From Burkholderiales bacterium (GTDB lineage Bacteria > Pseudomonadota > Gammaproteobacteria > Burkholderiales > Burkholderiaceae_C): 64,000 nucleotides of DNA. Made by a program: the position numbers and the translations under genes. This document shows, one piece after another, positions 1-9,778 of this stretch. The DNA lies in contig JBBRFW010000006.1 in assembly GCA_038241255.1 (NCBI GenBank), forward strand, positions 91-64,090, read 5' to 3'. Position 1 is the first letter of the stretch. Each line of letters starts with the position of its first letter. A model generated the notes under the pieces. The model was not told where the DNA came from and ran no database searches. It saw nothing but the letters and a program-made list of their open reading frames with translations.

Positions 1-37
1 AGCTAACCAGTACTAATTGCTCGTGCGGCTTGACCCT
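1..37 (+). rRNA. rrl: 23S rRNA, 3' terminus (partial)
   Basis: AGCTAACCAGTACTAATTGCTCGTGCGGCTTGACC matches the betaproteobacterial 23S 3' end; 5S follows about 145 nt later. End coordinate approximate. Confidence 0.9.
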
Positions 38-183
38 ATAACTTTGACGACGTGGTCGTCGGGTGAGTCAAGCGTGTTGAACCGTTCTTCGCTGGACGGA
101 CGCAATCGAAATCTGATTTTCCCGTGCAAGCGGTCGACTCTGCGAATTGGCCCACCGGCCGGAGTGTCGGGGGCGTCGGTTAT

Positions 184-297
184 GCCTGATGACCATAGCG
201 AGGTGGTACCACTCCTTCCCATCCCGAACAGGACAGTGAAACGCCTCAGCGCCGATGATATTGCGGGTTCCCGTGTGAAAGTAGGACATCGTCAGGC
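184..297 (+). rRNA. rrf: 5S rRNA
   Basis: GCCTGATGACCATAGC...CCCATCCCGAAC...GTGAAACG...GCCGATGATA...GAAAGTAGG...CATCGTCAGGC, with complementary termini. Confidence 0.97.
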
Positions 298-310
298 TAT
301 TAATTCCTTG

Positions 311-343
311 AAGGCCCTCGTCGAATAGACGGGGGCCTTTTTT
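311..343 (+). terminator. Rho-independent terminator of the rRNA operon
   Basis: AAGGCCCTCGTC-gaata-GACGGGGGCCTT hairpin followed by a T-run. Confidence 0.9.
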
Positions 344-355
344 ATTGCCAGCCGA

Positions 356-1252
356 ATGCTTGCGCGCATCCAGAAGTTCATCGCATTCACGCTGCTCGCC
401 GCCCTGTTGGGCGCCATCGCGATCGGCTGGCGGTTGGGCTCGGGCTGGGTAGTCGTCGCAGCCGCAGGCCTGATGATCGGCGGATATGCCGGCGCCTTGG
501 CATTCGAGTTCCGCTGGATGCTGCGCTCGTACGATCGGAGGGACGCGTTGCGGCCGCGCGCCTCCGAACTCGTGCGCGCCTGGGCCGCCGAGGCGGCAAC
601 GGCGCCGAAGGTCTTTCTCTGGCGTCAGCCGTTCGCATCTCAAAGATATCCTGATCACCTGCCGGCGACACCGCTCGGTCTGCGGGGCCTCGTTCTGGTC
701 CACGGCTTCTTCTGCAATCGAGGCCTGTGGAACCCGTGGCTGTCGCGCTTGCGCGCCGAAGGAATCCCTTTCGTGGCCGTCAGCCTCGAGCCGGTCTTCG
801 GCGCCATCGACGGCTACCGGCACACGATCGACGCCGCCGCGCGCCGCCTCGAGCACGCCACCGGGCTCGCGCCCTTGATCGTGGGGCACAGCATGGGCGG
901 GTTGGCCGCGCGTGCCTGGCTGAGTGAAATGCCCGAATCCCCTTGGCACCGTGTCGTCACCATCGCCTCGCCCCACGCCGGAACTCGGCTCGGCGTCCGC
1001 GGGCGCGGCGCCAACATCACCGAGATGCGCGTCGGCAGCGATTGGCTGCTCCGCCTCGCTGCACGAGAGACTGCGGCCACCCGCCGCCGGTTCACGTGCT
1101 TCTGGGGCCATTGCGACAACATAGTCTTTCCCACCCGCAACGCGACCCTGGCGGGCGCCGACAACCGGCACTTGCCAGATACACCGCACGTGAAGATGGT
1201 CTATCACCCCGCCGTGCTGGATGAAGTTCTGCGGTCGCTCAGGGAGCCCTGA
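356..1252 (+). CDS. alpha/beta hydrolase (lipase/esterase-like) with N-terminal TM segments
   Basis: LVHGF oxyanion motif, GHSMGG nucleophile elbow, IASPHAG, D..V and terminal H. Confidence 0.88.
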   Translation: MLARIQKFIAFTLLAALLGAIAIGWRLGSGWVVVAAAGLMIGGYAGALAFEFRWMLRSYDRRDALRPRASELVRAWAAEAATAPKVFLWRQPFASQRYPDHLPATPLGLRGLVLVHGFFCNRGLWNPWLSRLRAEGIPFVAVSLEPVFGAIDGYRHTIDAAARRLEHATGLAPLIVGHSMGGLAARAWLSEMPESPWHRVVTIASPHAGTRLGVRGRGANITEMRVGSDWLLRLAARETAATRRRFTCFWGHCDNIVFPTRNATLAGADNRHLPDTPHVKMVYHPAVLDEVLRSLREP

Positions 1253-1303
1253 GCTGCTACGCGCGACACGGCGCCGCGCTGGATCGCGGGCGGCTCCGCA
1301 GCT

Positions 1304-2155
1304 CTAGTCGGCGTCAACTTCTGTCACGAGAGCCAGCGTGGCCCCCGGCGACAAGTTGAGGAAGGCCGCGACTTCGCCGATATCGTCCGGGACCGCCGCG
1401 TTGTCCCAGCCGGAGGCCGTGTGCCGCGCCAACCGGGCCGCCAGTGCCACCGTTCGCGCGCCCGTGTTGCCCGATTGCGGGTTCTGGTTCTTTTCGGACA
1501 GCAGCGCCGGCAGGCGCCACGCGGCCACCAATTCTTGCTGCAACTCGTCGAGCTCGATGTGAAGGACGCTGCGCTGCGCCGCGCTCGAGCGCAGCGACGA
1601 ATCGGCGTCCTGCATCGCGCGGATTCGCAGCGCCAGCTGGGGCGCGTGGCACCAGAGCAGCATCTCCGCGAACTCGTGCAGCAGCGCCGCGGAATGGATC
1701 GTGGCCGCGTGCGGATCGGCGCGGTGGATGGCGAAAGCGAGAGCGAAGCGGGCGCCGCGATGCGCGCGGCGCAGCACGCCTTCCAGGCCGGCGAGCGCCT
1801 GCGGCGATCCGGCGAGCGCGTCCTCGACCGAAACCGGCGCATCGAAGGCGCGGAAGAACGGTGGGATGCCCATCATCACGAGCGCAGCGATCACCGTGTC
1901 CGGCCCCGTGACGACGCTGCGCCCGCGATGATCCGACACAAAGGCGAGAACCTTCAGGGTCATCAGCGGGTCGCCGCCGATAGTCTCGCCAATGCTGTTT
2001 GCGTCGGTGCGTTCCTCGTTGGCGCGCAGCGCCTCCAGCGCATCGACGGTCTCGCGAAGCACCGGGATCTGGGCACGACGAAAGTGAGCCGTCCACATCG
2101 CGAGATCGCGAAGTGGCCGAACCAGCTCTTCCCATCGCAGCGTCGAGCTCGTCAT
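1304..2155 (-). CDS. HDOD domain protein
   Basis: DPLMTLKVL, AALLHEFAEMLLW, W.LP motifs typical of HDOD; GGAGG RBS. Confidence 0.85.
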   Translation of the reverse strand: MTSSTLRWEELVRPLRDLAMWTAHFRRAQIPVLRETVDALEALRANEERTDANSIGETIGGDPLMTLKVLAFVSDHRGRSVVTGPDTVIAALVMMGIPPFFRAFDAPVSVEDALAGSPQALAGLEGVLRRAHRGARFALAFAIHRADPHAATIHSAALLHEFAEMLLWCHAPQLALRIRAMQDADSSLRSSAAQRSVLHIELDELQQELVAAWRLPALLSEKNQNPQSGNTGARTVALAARLARHTASGWDNAAVPDDIGEVAAFLNLSPGATLALVTEVDAD

Positions 2156-2240
2156 CGACCCTCCGGACGCCTGGCTCCTGACGGAATATCGGCTCCACGG
2201 CCCACGGATTGAGCAGAATCTCTCAAGACCTGCTTCGCGA

Positions 2241-3338
2241 TCAAAGCGCCAACACCCGCCCTTCGTGCGCCGGGACGCGTCCGTCGAGGAGGGCCGCGTA
2301 CGTCGATTCGACCGCGTCGCGCCCTCCGGTGGAAACGACGTGTAGCCAAGGTGCCCGAGGATCGGCGACCCGCGCGATGAACTCCTGCCACGCCGAGGCC
2401 GTGCGTTGCTGGAGTCCGCCTGCGCCCCACTCAGCGATTCGCTTCTTCACCTGCGCCGGCGCGAAGAAGAGCACGGGCCTTGGCCCCGGAAGCCCCTTGC
2501 CGGTGCCGAGCGCCTGCCAGTGCGTGCCGCCGACCGAGCAACTGTAGGCGAGCTGCTCGCCCCAGTGCGCGTGGACTGAAGCCCGGAGCGCCGCGTCGCC
2601 GCTCATGTCGACGTAGACGGCGCGGCGGGTCGCGGGCAGCGTCACGATCGCCGCGTAGTCGATGACTTCGTCGTAGCAGCCCAGGCCGCGCGTGAAGCTC
2701 AGGTTCGCCGTCGACGTCAGTCCCACGACGGTTGGCGTGCCCCCCTCGCCGCGCCGGCGAGCCAGACAAAAGCCGAGCCCGTACCCCGTCTTGCTCGAGG
2801 CGCTCGAGACGAGCACGGTGGAGGCGCCGAAGAAGGCGTTGTCGGCGAGGAAGTCGTCGATCAGGAACGAGGTGATGAACAGCGGCTGCAGCAGCGCCAT
2901 GAGCGCCTCGTGCCCGCGCCGGTACGACGGGTCGCTGGTGCAGCGCAGATACCGGTTGTAGACCTCGGGCAGCGCGCGCCGGTGCGGCGCTCCGTCGCTG
3001 AAACCGGCGCCGGTCACGCGTGTAGGTGCGAGGACCGCCTCGTCGGCGATCGGCCAGTAGCCATAGACACGTTCGCCGACCTCGACACCTTGGACGCGCG
3101 ATTCGCTCACGTTAGCGAAGCCCCAGACCGGAATGCAGCCGGTCTCGGGCACACCGGTGGGAAAGAATTCCCAGTAGTGCATCGAATCGCCGAACGCGCC
3201 ATAGGTGACGTTGTTCGAGGTGAGCGCGAACAGATCGATGCGCAGGCGCGCTTCGCCCGCGGCGAGGGCAACCCGTGGGGTCTCGCGCCACTGCGTTCGG
3301 CGCAGATCGCCTCGGCCGACGGTGAACATCGTCGTCAT
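2241..3338 (-). CDS. DUF2855 family protein
   Basis: FALTSNNVTYGAFG..M.YW.FFP, PLFITSFLIDDFL, SSASSKT, FFAP; start placed at MTTMF. Confidence 0.85.
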   Translation of the reverse strand: MTTMFTVGRGDLRRTQWRETPRVALAAGEARLRIDLFALTSNNVTYGAFGDSMHYWEFFPTGVPETGCIPVWGFANVSESRVQGVEVGERVYGYWPIADEAVLAPTRVTGAGFSDGAPHRRALPEVYNRYLRCTSDPSYRRGHEALMALLQPLFITSFLIDDFLADNAFFGASTVLVSSASSKTGYGLGFCLARRRGEGGTPTVVGLTSTANLSFTRGLGCYDEVIDYAAIVTLPATRRAVYVDMSGDAALRASVHAHWGEQLAYSCSVGGTHWQALGTGKGLPGPRPVLFFAPAQVKKRIAEWGAGGLQQRTASAWQEFIARVADPRAPWLHVVSTGGRDAVESTYAALLDGRVPAHEGRVLAL

Positions 3339-3378
3339 AGGATGATGCGCATCTTGCGCTCGATCACGGGACCCTTTC

Positions 3379-4227
3379 ATGGTGACATTCCCCGGCAATG
3401 TGCAGCTTTCGTCGCTCGGGCTCGGCACCTGGCGCATGGGCGAGAGCGCGGCGCGACGGACGCGCGAAGTCGCCGCCGTCCGCACGGCGCTCGACCTGGG
3501 CTGGCGCGTGATCGACACCGCCGAAATGTACGGCGAGGGCGGCGCGGAGCAAGTGGTCGGCGCAGCGCTGGCCGGTGCCTTGCGAGACGGCACGCTGGCG
3601 CGCGACGACGTTTTCGTGGTCAGCAAGGTGTACCCGCACAACGCGACGACGCAGGGCACTCCCGCCGCGTGCGAGCGCAGCCTGACGCGACTCGGCATCG
3701 ACCACCTGGACGCCTACCTCCTGCACTGGCCAGGTGGCGTGCCGCTGCAGGAGACCGTCGACGCCTTCGAAGCGCTGCGCTCGAAAGGTCGGATCCATCA
3801 TTGGGGCGTCAGCAATTTCGACGTCGACGACATGGCGGCGTTGATGCGCGTGCGCGGCGGCGAAGGCTGCGCGACCAACCAGATCTACTACTCGCTCAGC
3901 GCCCGCGGTCCTGCCTTCGATCTTGTCCCGTGGCTTCGGTATCGCGGGATCGTCGCCATGGCGTATTCGCCGATCGACCAGGGCAGCTTGGCCGGCAACG
4001 CCACGGTGCTCGAGCTTGCGCAAGAGCGGGGTGCGACGTCTGTGCAGCTCGCGCTGGCCTGGCTCGTCGACCAGCCGGGAGTGATGGCGATTCCGAAGGC
4101 ATCCAGCGAGGCGCATCTGCGCGAGAACCTGGCCGCGCTCGCGTTGACCATCGACGACGCCTGCCGAGCCGAGCTCGACGCCGCCTTTGCGCCGCCTCGG
4201 CGCAAGGTCCCGCTGGCGATGCGCTGA
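3379..4227 (+). CDS. aldo/keto reductase
   Basis: LGLGTW, DTAEMYG, SKVYP, YLLHW, WGVSNF, AYSP, AIPK. Confidence 0.95.
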   Translation: MVTFPGNVQLSSLGLGTWRMGESAARRTREVAAVRTALDLGWRVIDTAEMYGEGGAEQVVGAALAGALRDGTLARDDVFVVSKVYPHNATTQGTPAACERSLTRLGIDHLDAYLLHWPGGVPLQETVDAFEALRSKGRIHHWGVSNFDVDDMAALMRVRGGEGCATNQIYYSLSARGPAFDLVPWLRYRGIVAMAYSPIDQGSLAGNATVLELAQERGATSVQLALAWLVDQPGVMAIPKASSEAHLRENLAALALTIDDACRAELDAAFAPPRRKVPLAMR

Positions 4228-4240
4228 CCGAGGCGAGCGT

Positions 4241-4512
4241 TCAAAGGCGGCGTACCCCGGGCAGGTGGCCCACGAGCTCACCATCGACGTAGAGCGCGCC
4301 TTCCGGCGCCCCCGCCTCGGCATGGAACTCGAAGCGGGAACCGCCCGACGCCTCGACGTCGGCGGCTCGCACCGGCGCCACCGCCGCGGCGACGCGAGCG
4401 AGCGCGGCGCTCGCGACCATCAGCAGGCCGGCCGCGAGACGGCGTGCCACCTCGCCCACGGGGTGGGGGCCGGCGTGCCGTGCCAGGGGAGTTCTTTTTT
4501 CAGGCTCGTCAT
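4241..4512 (-). pseudogene. small hypothetical protein, split or frameshifted (30-aa ORF 4420-4512 plus 59-aa ORF 4241-4420)
   Basis: Strong RBS GAAGGAAGG then ATG 4512 (MTSLKKELPW...). The protein-like C-terminus EFHAEAGAPEGALYVDGELVGHLPGVRRL is in another frame; 272 nt is one base short of 91 codons. Confidence 0.5.
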
Positions 4513-4631
4513 GACCTTCCTTCGTCGCGCGAAGGCAGCGGGGCCGCCTTCGGATCAGGGGATGGGTGCCTTGGGGTGCGCCGAGGCGCGATCGGGTGAG
4601 GGGTCGGGAACAAGTTGGCTTGCATTGGCAT
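4509..4631 (-). CDS. putative 40-aa Pro-rich upstream/leader ORF
   Basis: GAGGAG-N5-ATG; MPMQANLFPTPHP...EGRS*; its stop overlaps the next ATG (ATGA). Confidence 0.35.
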   Translation of the reverse strand: MPMQANLFPTPHPIAPRRTPRHPSPDPKAAPLPSRDEGRS

Positions 4632-4660
4632 GGCATCTCCTCGCGTGAAAGGAAGGTCGT

Positions 4661-4701
4661 AAAGCAAAACGGCCCGGTGCAGCGATGCAAGCCGGGCCGT
4701 T
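4661..4701 (-). terminator. intrinsic terminator/attenuator hairpin
   Basis: Minus strand AACGGCCCGG-cttgcatcgctgca-CCGGGCCGTT followed by TTGCTTT. Confidence 0.7.
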
Positions 4702-5004
4702 GAGGACGTCTTCTCGAAGACGTTCAGTGGGGCGTCACCCGGGCGGTGCCCCGTGAGCACCCATGACGTCGGCCAGCGCGACGGCACGCCCTGCCCAGAG
4801 GCAAGACGGCGCGCTGATCGATGCGTTGGTTCGGAACAGGGATGCTTCCTGGTGCGGTGACAACTCGGCTGTCGTCGGCCCCCGAAGGCTCGACTCGGCG
4901 CCATCTTTGGGACGCGTGCGCAACGCCCCGCAAGCACATTCGGCGCGTGTCTCGGCGCCGTCGCCGATTTCGTTTCGACCGCGCAACGAGGCGCGGGTCG
5001 CGCG

Positions 5005-6543
5005 CTACTGGAACGCGACTTCCGCGAAGCTTCGCAGCTTCCGGCTGTGCAGCTGGTCGACGCCGGCTTCGCGCAGCAGCTCGATCGCGCGCACGCCGAT
5101 GCGCAGGTGCTGGTCGACGCGCTCGCGATAGAAGTGGTTGGCCATCCCGGGCAGCTTGATCTCGCCGTGCAGCGGCTTGTCGCTGACGCAGAGCAGTGTT
5201 CCGTACGGCACTCGAAAGCGAAAGCCGTTGGCGGCGATGGTCGCGCTCTCCATGTCGAGCGCGATCGCCCGGCTTTGGCTGAAGCGGCGCTCCGGCGTGC
5301 TGAGCGCATGGCGCGACGGCAGCAGCTCCCAGTTGCGGTTGTCGGTGCTGGCGACGGTGCCCGTGCGCATGATCCGCTTGAGCTCGTAACCCTTCAGCTG
5401 CGTCACCTCGGCGACCGCTTCCTCGAGCGCGACCTGCACTTCGGCGAGCGCCGGGATCGGCACCCAGAGCGGCAGGTCCTCGTCGAGGACGTGGTCCTCA
5501 CGCACGTAACCGTGGGCGAGGACGTAGTCGCCCAGCTGCTGCGTGTTGCGCAGGCCTGCGCAGTGGCCGAGCATCACCCACGCATGCGGGCGCAGGACGG
5601 CGATGTGGTCGGTGATCGTCTTCGCGTTCGCCGGGCCTACGCCGATGTTGACCATCGTGATGCCGCTGCCGTCCTCGCGCACGAGGTGATAGGCCGGCAT
5701 CTGCGGCAATCGAGGCGGTGCCGCGCCGAGATCGTCGCCGGGCTGCGCCGGTGCGCCGCTGCGCCGCTCGATGACGTTGCCGGGCTCGATGAAGGCGTCG
5801 TACTGCCCGCTTCCCGCAGCGCCCGCCATCGCCTCGTGGCCGAGGCGGACGAATTCGTCGATGTAGAACTGGTAGTTCGTGAACAGGACGAAGTTCTGGA
5901 AGTGCTCGGGGTCCGTGCCGGTGTAGTGACGCAAGCGGTGCAGCGAGTAGTCGACACGCGGCGCCGTGAACAGAGCGAGCGGATGCGCTTCGCCGGCGCG
6001 CGCGACGAAGGTGCCGTTGGCGATGCCGTCGTCCATCGCGGCTAGGTCGGGCAGGTCGAACAGGTCGCGCAGCAGCATGCGTCTTTCGGCGGTCAGGCTG
6101 CCTTCGATGTGATCGTGTTCGGCGAACGAGAAGTGGACTGGGATCGGTTGCACGCTGGTGCCGATCTCGAGCGAGACGCGGTGGTTCTCGAGCAGGAGGC
6201 GGAACTGCTCGCCGTAGTAGCTCGCGAACAGGTCGGGGCGGGTGAGGGTCGTTTCGTAGGTGCCTGGCCCGGCGACGAAGCCGTAGCTGAGGCGCGAGTC
6301 GGCTCTCGCGACCGTATTGGTGTGGACCCGCACGAAGGGGTAGCACGCGCGCACCCGGCCGCTCGGCGCCGCGCCGTTGACAAACGACTGCAGCGCGGCG
6401 CGCAGGTGGTCGACGCTCGCCTCGTAGATCTCGCGCACACGCACGAGCGCGGCGCCGGCGTCATCGAACAGCGCCGGCGCGATGTAGGGCAGAACGAGGC
6501 TCACGTCAGTCTCCGGGTCGCGACGGGCAGCGAGCGATGACAT
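5005..6543 (-). CDS. amn: AMP nucleosidase
   Basis: HYTGT, FTNYQFY, PQMPAYHL, GVGPANAKTITDH, DMESATIAANGFRFRVPYGTLLCVSDKPLHG. Confidence 0.97.
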   Translation of the reverse strand: MSSLAARRDPETDVSLVLPYIAPALFDDAGAALVRVREIYEASVDHLRAALQSFVNGAAPSGRVRACYPFVRVHTNTVARADSRLSYGFVAGPGTYETTLTRPDLFASYYGEQFRLLLENHRVSLEIGTSVQPIPVHFSFAEHDHIEGSLTAERRMLLRDLFDLPDLAAMDDGIANGTFVARAGEAHPLALFTAPRVDYSLHRLRHYTGTDPEHFQNFVLFTNYQFYIDEFVRLGHEAMAGAAGSGQYDAFIEPGNVIERRSGAPAQPGDDLGAAPPRLPQMPAYHLVREDGSGITMVNIGVGPANAKTITDHIAVLRPHAWVMLGHCAGLRNTQQLGDYVLAHGYVREDHVLDEDLPLWVPIPALAEVQVALEEAVAEVTQLKGYELKRIMRTGTVASTDNRNWELLPSRHALSTPERRFSQSRAIALDMESATIAANGFRFRVPYGTLLCVSDKPLHGEIKLPGMANHFYRERVDQHLRIGVRAIELLREAGVDQLHSRKLRSFAEVAFQ

Positions 6544-6683
6544 GGGCCATCGGGCATCTCCTGGATGGTGCGTGCAAAATCGCCCGCAACCGCCCAATGA
6601 TGCCGCACACGGATGACGCACCGATCAGCGCAGGGCGACGAGCCGTTCCCTGCCGCGCACGCCGTTAGCCGCAGGGACATGCC

Positions 6684-7955
6684 GTGAAGGTCCTGGTTCT
6701 CGGCGCCGGAGTGATCGGCGTCACCGTGGCCTACGAGCTGGCCGGGACGGGGCACGAGGTCGTCGTCCTCGAGCGTCAGCCGGGTGCAGGCCTCGAGACG
6801 AGCTTCGCCAACGCGGGCGAGGTCTCGCCCGGCTATTCGGCGCCGTGGGCCGGGCCCGGAGTCCCGCTGAAGGCCATCAGGTGGCTGGCGATGCAGCATC
6901 GGCCGCTGGTCATCCGGCCTCACCTCGACTGGTCGATGATCCGCTGGTCGCTGGCGATGCTGCGCAACTGCACCGCCGCGCGCTACCGCATCAACAAGAC
7001 GCGTATGGTGCGCCTCGCCGAGTACAGCCGCGACGGCCTGCGCGCGTTGCGCGCCGCGACGGGCATCACCTACGACGAGCGCACGCGAGGCACGCTGCAG
7101 CTCTTTCGCACGCAGGCCCAGTTCGACGCCAGCGCCGGCGACATCGCCGTCCTGCGCGAGAGCGGCGTCGCCTTCGAGCTGCTCGATCGCGCCGGCTGCC
7201 TCCGCCACGAACCCGCCCTCGCGCGCGTTCAGCAAAAGTTCGTTGGCGGGCTGCTGCTGCCCGGCGACGAGACGGGCGACTGCTTCGTGTTCACGCAACG
7301 CCTCGCCGCGCTGGCCGCGCAGCGCGGCGTCGACTTCCGCTTCGCGACGACGATCCGTACCCTGGGGCGCAGCGGCGATCGCATCACCGGCGTCACCAGC
7401 AACGCTGGCATCGTCGACGCCGATGCCTATGTCGTCGCCCTCGGCAGCTACTCGCCCCTGCTGCTTGCGCCAGTCGGCGTGCGCATTCCCGTCTATCCAG
7501 TGAAGGGCTATTCGGTCACGGTGCCGATCACCGACCCGGGCGGCGCGCCCGAGTCGACGGTGATGGACGAGACGCACAAGGTCGCGGTGACGCGCCTGGG
7601 CGATCGCATCCGCGCCGGCGGCACGGCCGAACTCGCCGGCTACACGCTGCGCCTGCACGAGGCGCGCCGCAGGACGCTAGTGCACGTCGTCAACGATCTC
7701 TTCCCCGCCGCCGGCGACGTCGGTCAGGCCGAGTTCTGGTGCGGCCTTCGCCCGATGACCCCGGACGGCACGCCCGTGATCGGGCCGACGCCGATCGGCA
7801 ACCTCTTCCTCGCGACCGGGCACGGCACCCTGGGCTGGACCATGGCCGCAGGCACCGGCCGGGTCCTGGCGGACGTGATCTCCGGACGCAGCGCCGGGAT
7901 CGATCTCGACGGCCTGACGATCGCTCGCTATCGCAGTGCGGTGAGCCCCGGCTGA
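6684..7955 (+). CDS. dadA: D-amino acid dehydrogenase
   Basis: GAGVIG FAD motif, [31 protein letters not shown]. Confidence 0.95.
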   Translation: MKVLVLGAGVIGVTVAYELAGTGHEVVVLERQPGAGLETSFANAGEVSPGYSAPWAGPGVPLKAIRWLAMQHRPLVIRPHLDWSMIRWSLAMLRNCTAARYRINKTRMVRLAEYSRDGLRALRAATGITYDERTRGTLQLFRTQAQFDASAGDIAVLRESGVAFELLDRAGCLRHEPALARVQQKFVGGLLLPGDETGDCFVFTQRLAALAAQRGVDFRFATTIRTLGRSGDRITGVTSNAGIVDADAYVVALGSYSPLLLAPVGVRIPVYPVKGYSVTVPITDPGGAPESTVMDETHKVAVTRLGDRIRAGGTAELAGYTLRLHEARRRTLVHVVNDLFPAAGDVGQAEFWCGLRPMTPDGTPVIGPTPIGNLFLATGHGTLGWTMAAGTGRVLADVISGRSAGIDLDGLTIARYRSAVSPG

Positions 7956-7960
7956 GCGCC

Positions 7961-9778
7961 ATGGCGCCGATCGAGATAGTCTCGCCTGTCGCCGGCAGCG
8001 TCGTCGCCATCGTCGTCGAGGCGGGCGCGAGCGTCGCCGCCGGGGCGCTGGTCGCCGTCGTGGAATCGATGAAGATGGAGCACGAGGTCCATGCCGCGGC
8101 GAGCGGCGTCATTGCGGCGCTGCGGCAGGGTGCGGGCGACGTTGTCGAGGCCGGCGGCGTCCTGGCGCTGCTACGCCCGGGCGCTGCGCCTTCGGGACCG
8201 GCCGACGCGGTCAGTGTTCGCGCCGTCGAGAAGCTGCGTGCCGACCTGCTCGAACTGCGCGCGCGCGAAGCCTTCCTCGCCGATGCGAGCCGGCCCGAGG
8301 CCGTTGCGAGGCGACACGCGCTCGGCTTGCGCACCGCGCGCGAGAACATCGCCGACCTCTGTGACGACGGCAGCTTCGTCGAATACGGCGCGCTCGCCTT
8401 TGCGGCTCAGCGCGCCCGGCGCGAGCTCGACGACCTCGTCCGCAACACGCCGGCCGACGGCATGATCACCGGCATAGGCCGGGTCAACGGCGCGAGCTTT
8501 GGCGCCGAGCGATCGCGCGCTGTCGTGATGGCCTACGACGCGACGGTGCTCGCCGGCACGCAGGGCCTGCGCAACCACGAGAAGACCGACCGGCTGCTGA
8601 AGATCGCGAGCCAGCAGCGTCTGCCTGTGGTGTTGTTCGCCGAAGGCGGCGGCGGCCGGCCCGGCGACATCGACATGCCCATCGTCGCCGGCCTGCACGT
8701 CGGCACCTTCTCGAGCTTCGCGCGCCTGAGCGGCAAGGTGCCGCTGGTCGGCGTCGTCGCCGGCCGCTGCTTTGCCGGCAACGCCGCGCTCCTGGGCTGC
8801 TGCGACGTCATCATCGCGACGCGCGACAGCTCGATCGGCATGGGCGGCCCGGCGATGGTCGAAGGCGGCGGTCTGGGCGTCTTCAGACCCGAGCAGATCG
8901 GCCCCAGCGACATGCAATCGCGCTCCGGTGTGATCGACGTGCTGGTTGGCGACGAGGCCGAGGCGGTAGGGGTCGCGCGCCGCTACCTGGCGTTCTTCCA
9001 GGGCCGCACTGCGGCCTTGGCGCCTGCCGATCCAGCCGCGCTGCGCACGCTGCTGCCGGCGAACCGGCTGCGCGCATACGACATGCGGGCCGTGATCAAC
9101 GCGCTCGTCGATCACGGCTCGGCTCTCGAGCTGCGCGAGGGCTTCGGCATCGGCGTTGTCACCGCGCTCGCGCGCATCGACGGCAGGCCGGTCGGCGTCC
9201 TCGCCAGCAACCCGGCGCACCTCGGCGGCGCGATCGATGCCGACGCCGCCGACAAGGCGGCTCGCTTCATGCAGCTCTGCGACACCCACGCGCTGCCGAT
9301 CGTGTCGCTCATCGACACGCCGGGCTTCATGGTCGGGCCCGAGATCGAGCGGCGTGCGCAGGTGCGCCACGTCAGCCGGATGTTCGTGGTCGCGGCACAG
9401 CTGCGCGTTCCGGTCGTGGCGATCGTCCTGCGCAAGGCCTACGGCCTCGGCGCCATGGCGATGGCGGCGGGCGGCATGCACGCGCCCATGGCCACCGTCG
9501 CCTGGCCGAGCGGTGAATTTGGCGCGATGGGACTCGAGGGCGCGGTCGAGCTCGGTTACCGCAAAGAGCTGGCGGCGGCGTCCGAGGGCACCGACCGCGA
9601 AGCGCTGCGCGCGCGACTGGTCACTGCGCAGTACGAGAAGGGCAGAGCCATCCACTTGGCCGAGACGCTTGAGATCGATGCGGTTATCGATCCCGCCGAC
9701 AGCCGCCGGTGGCTCTTCGCGGCGCTGGAATCGGCGCGGCTGCCCGAAGCGGGCGGCCGCTTCATCGACCCGTGGTAG
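7961..9778 (+). CDS. biotin carboxyl carrier-carboxyltransferase fusion (acyl-CoA carboxylase, no biotin carboxylase domain)
   Basis: ESMKM biotinylation site; YDATVLAGTQG, EGGGGRPGD, DTPGFMVG, RKAYGLG; ends FIDPW. Confidence 0.9.
   Translation: MAPIEIVSPVAGSVVAIVVEAGASVAAGALVAVVESMKMEHEVHAAASGVIAALRQGAGDVVEAGGVLALLRPGAAPSGPADAVSVRAVEKLRADLLELRAREAFLADASRPEAVARRHALGLRTARENIADLCDDGSFVEYGALAFAAQRARRELDDLVRNTPADGMITGIGRVNGASFGAERSRAVVMAYDATVLAGTQGLRNHEKTDRLLKIASQQRLPVVLFAEGGGGRPGDIDMPIVAGLHVGTFSSFARLSGKVPLVGVVAGRCFAGNAALLGCCDVIIATRDSSIGMGGPAMVEGGGLGVFRPEQIGPSDMQSRSGVIDVLVGDEAEAVGVARRYLAFFQGRTAALAPADPAALRTLLPANRLRAYDMRAVINALVDHGSALELREGFGIGVVTALARIDGRPVGVLASNPAHLGGAIDADAADKAARFMQLCDTHALPIVSLIDTPGFMVGPEIERRAQVRHVSRMFVVAAQLRVPVVAIVLRKAYGLGAMAMAAGGMHAPMATVAWPSGEFGAMGLEGAVELGYRKELAAASEGTDREALRARLVTAQYEKGRAIHLAETLEIDAVIDPADSRRWLFAALESARLPEAGGRFIDPW

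Noticed and set aside
38-183. Structured 23S-5S spacer as a possible tRNA or ncRNA
   Set aside because: No cloverleaf, TTCGA arm or CCA end; consistent with rRNA processing stems
13-328. ORFs 13..222 and 17..328
   Set aside because: They overlap the 23S/5S rRNA and spacer; spurious
6845-7960. Long N-terminal extensions in the ORF track (6845, 42900, 57152, 37078 starts etc.) suggesting overlapping genes or fusions
   Set aside because: Low-complexity off-frame read-through; real starts sit at gene junctions with RBS or stop/start overlaps
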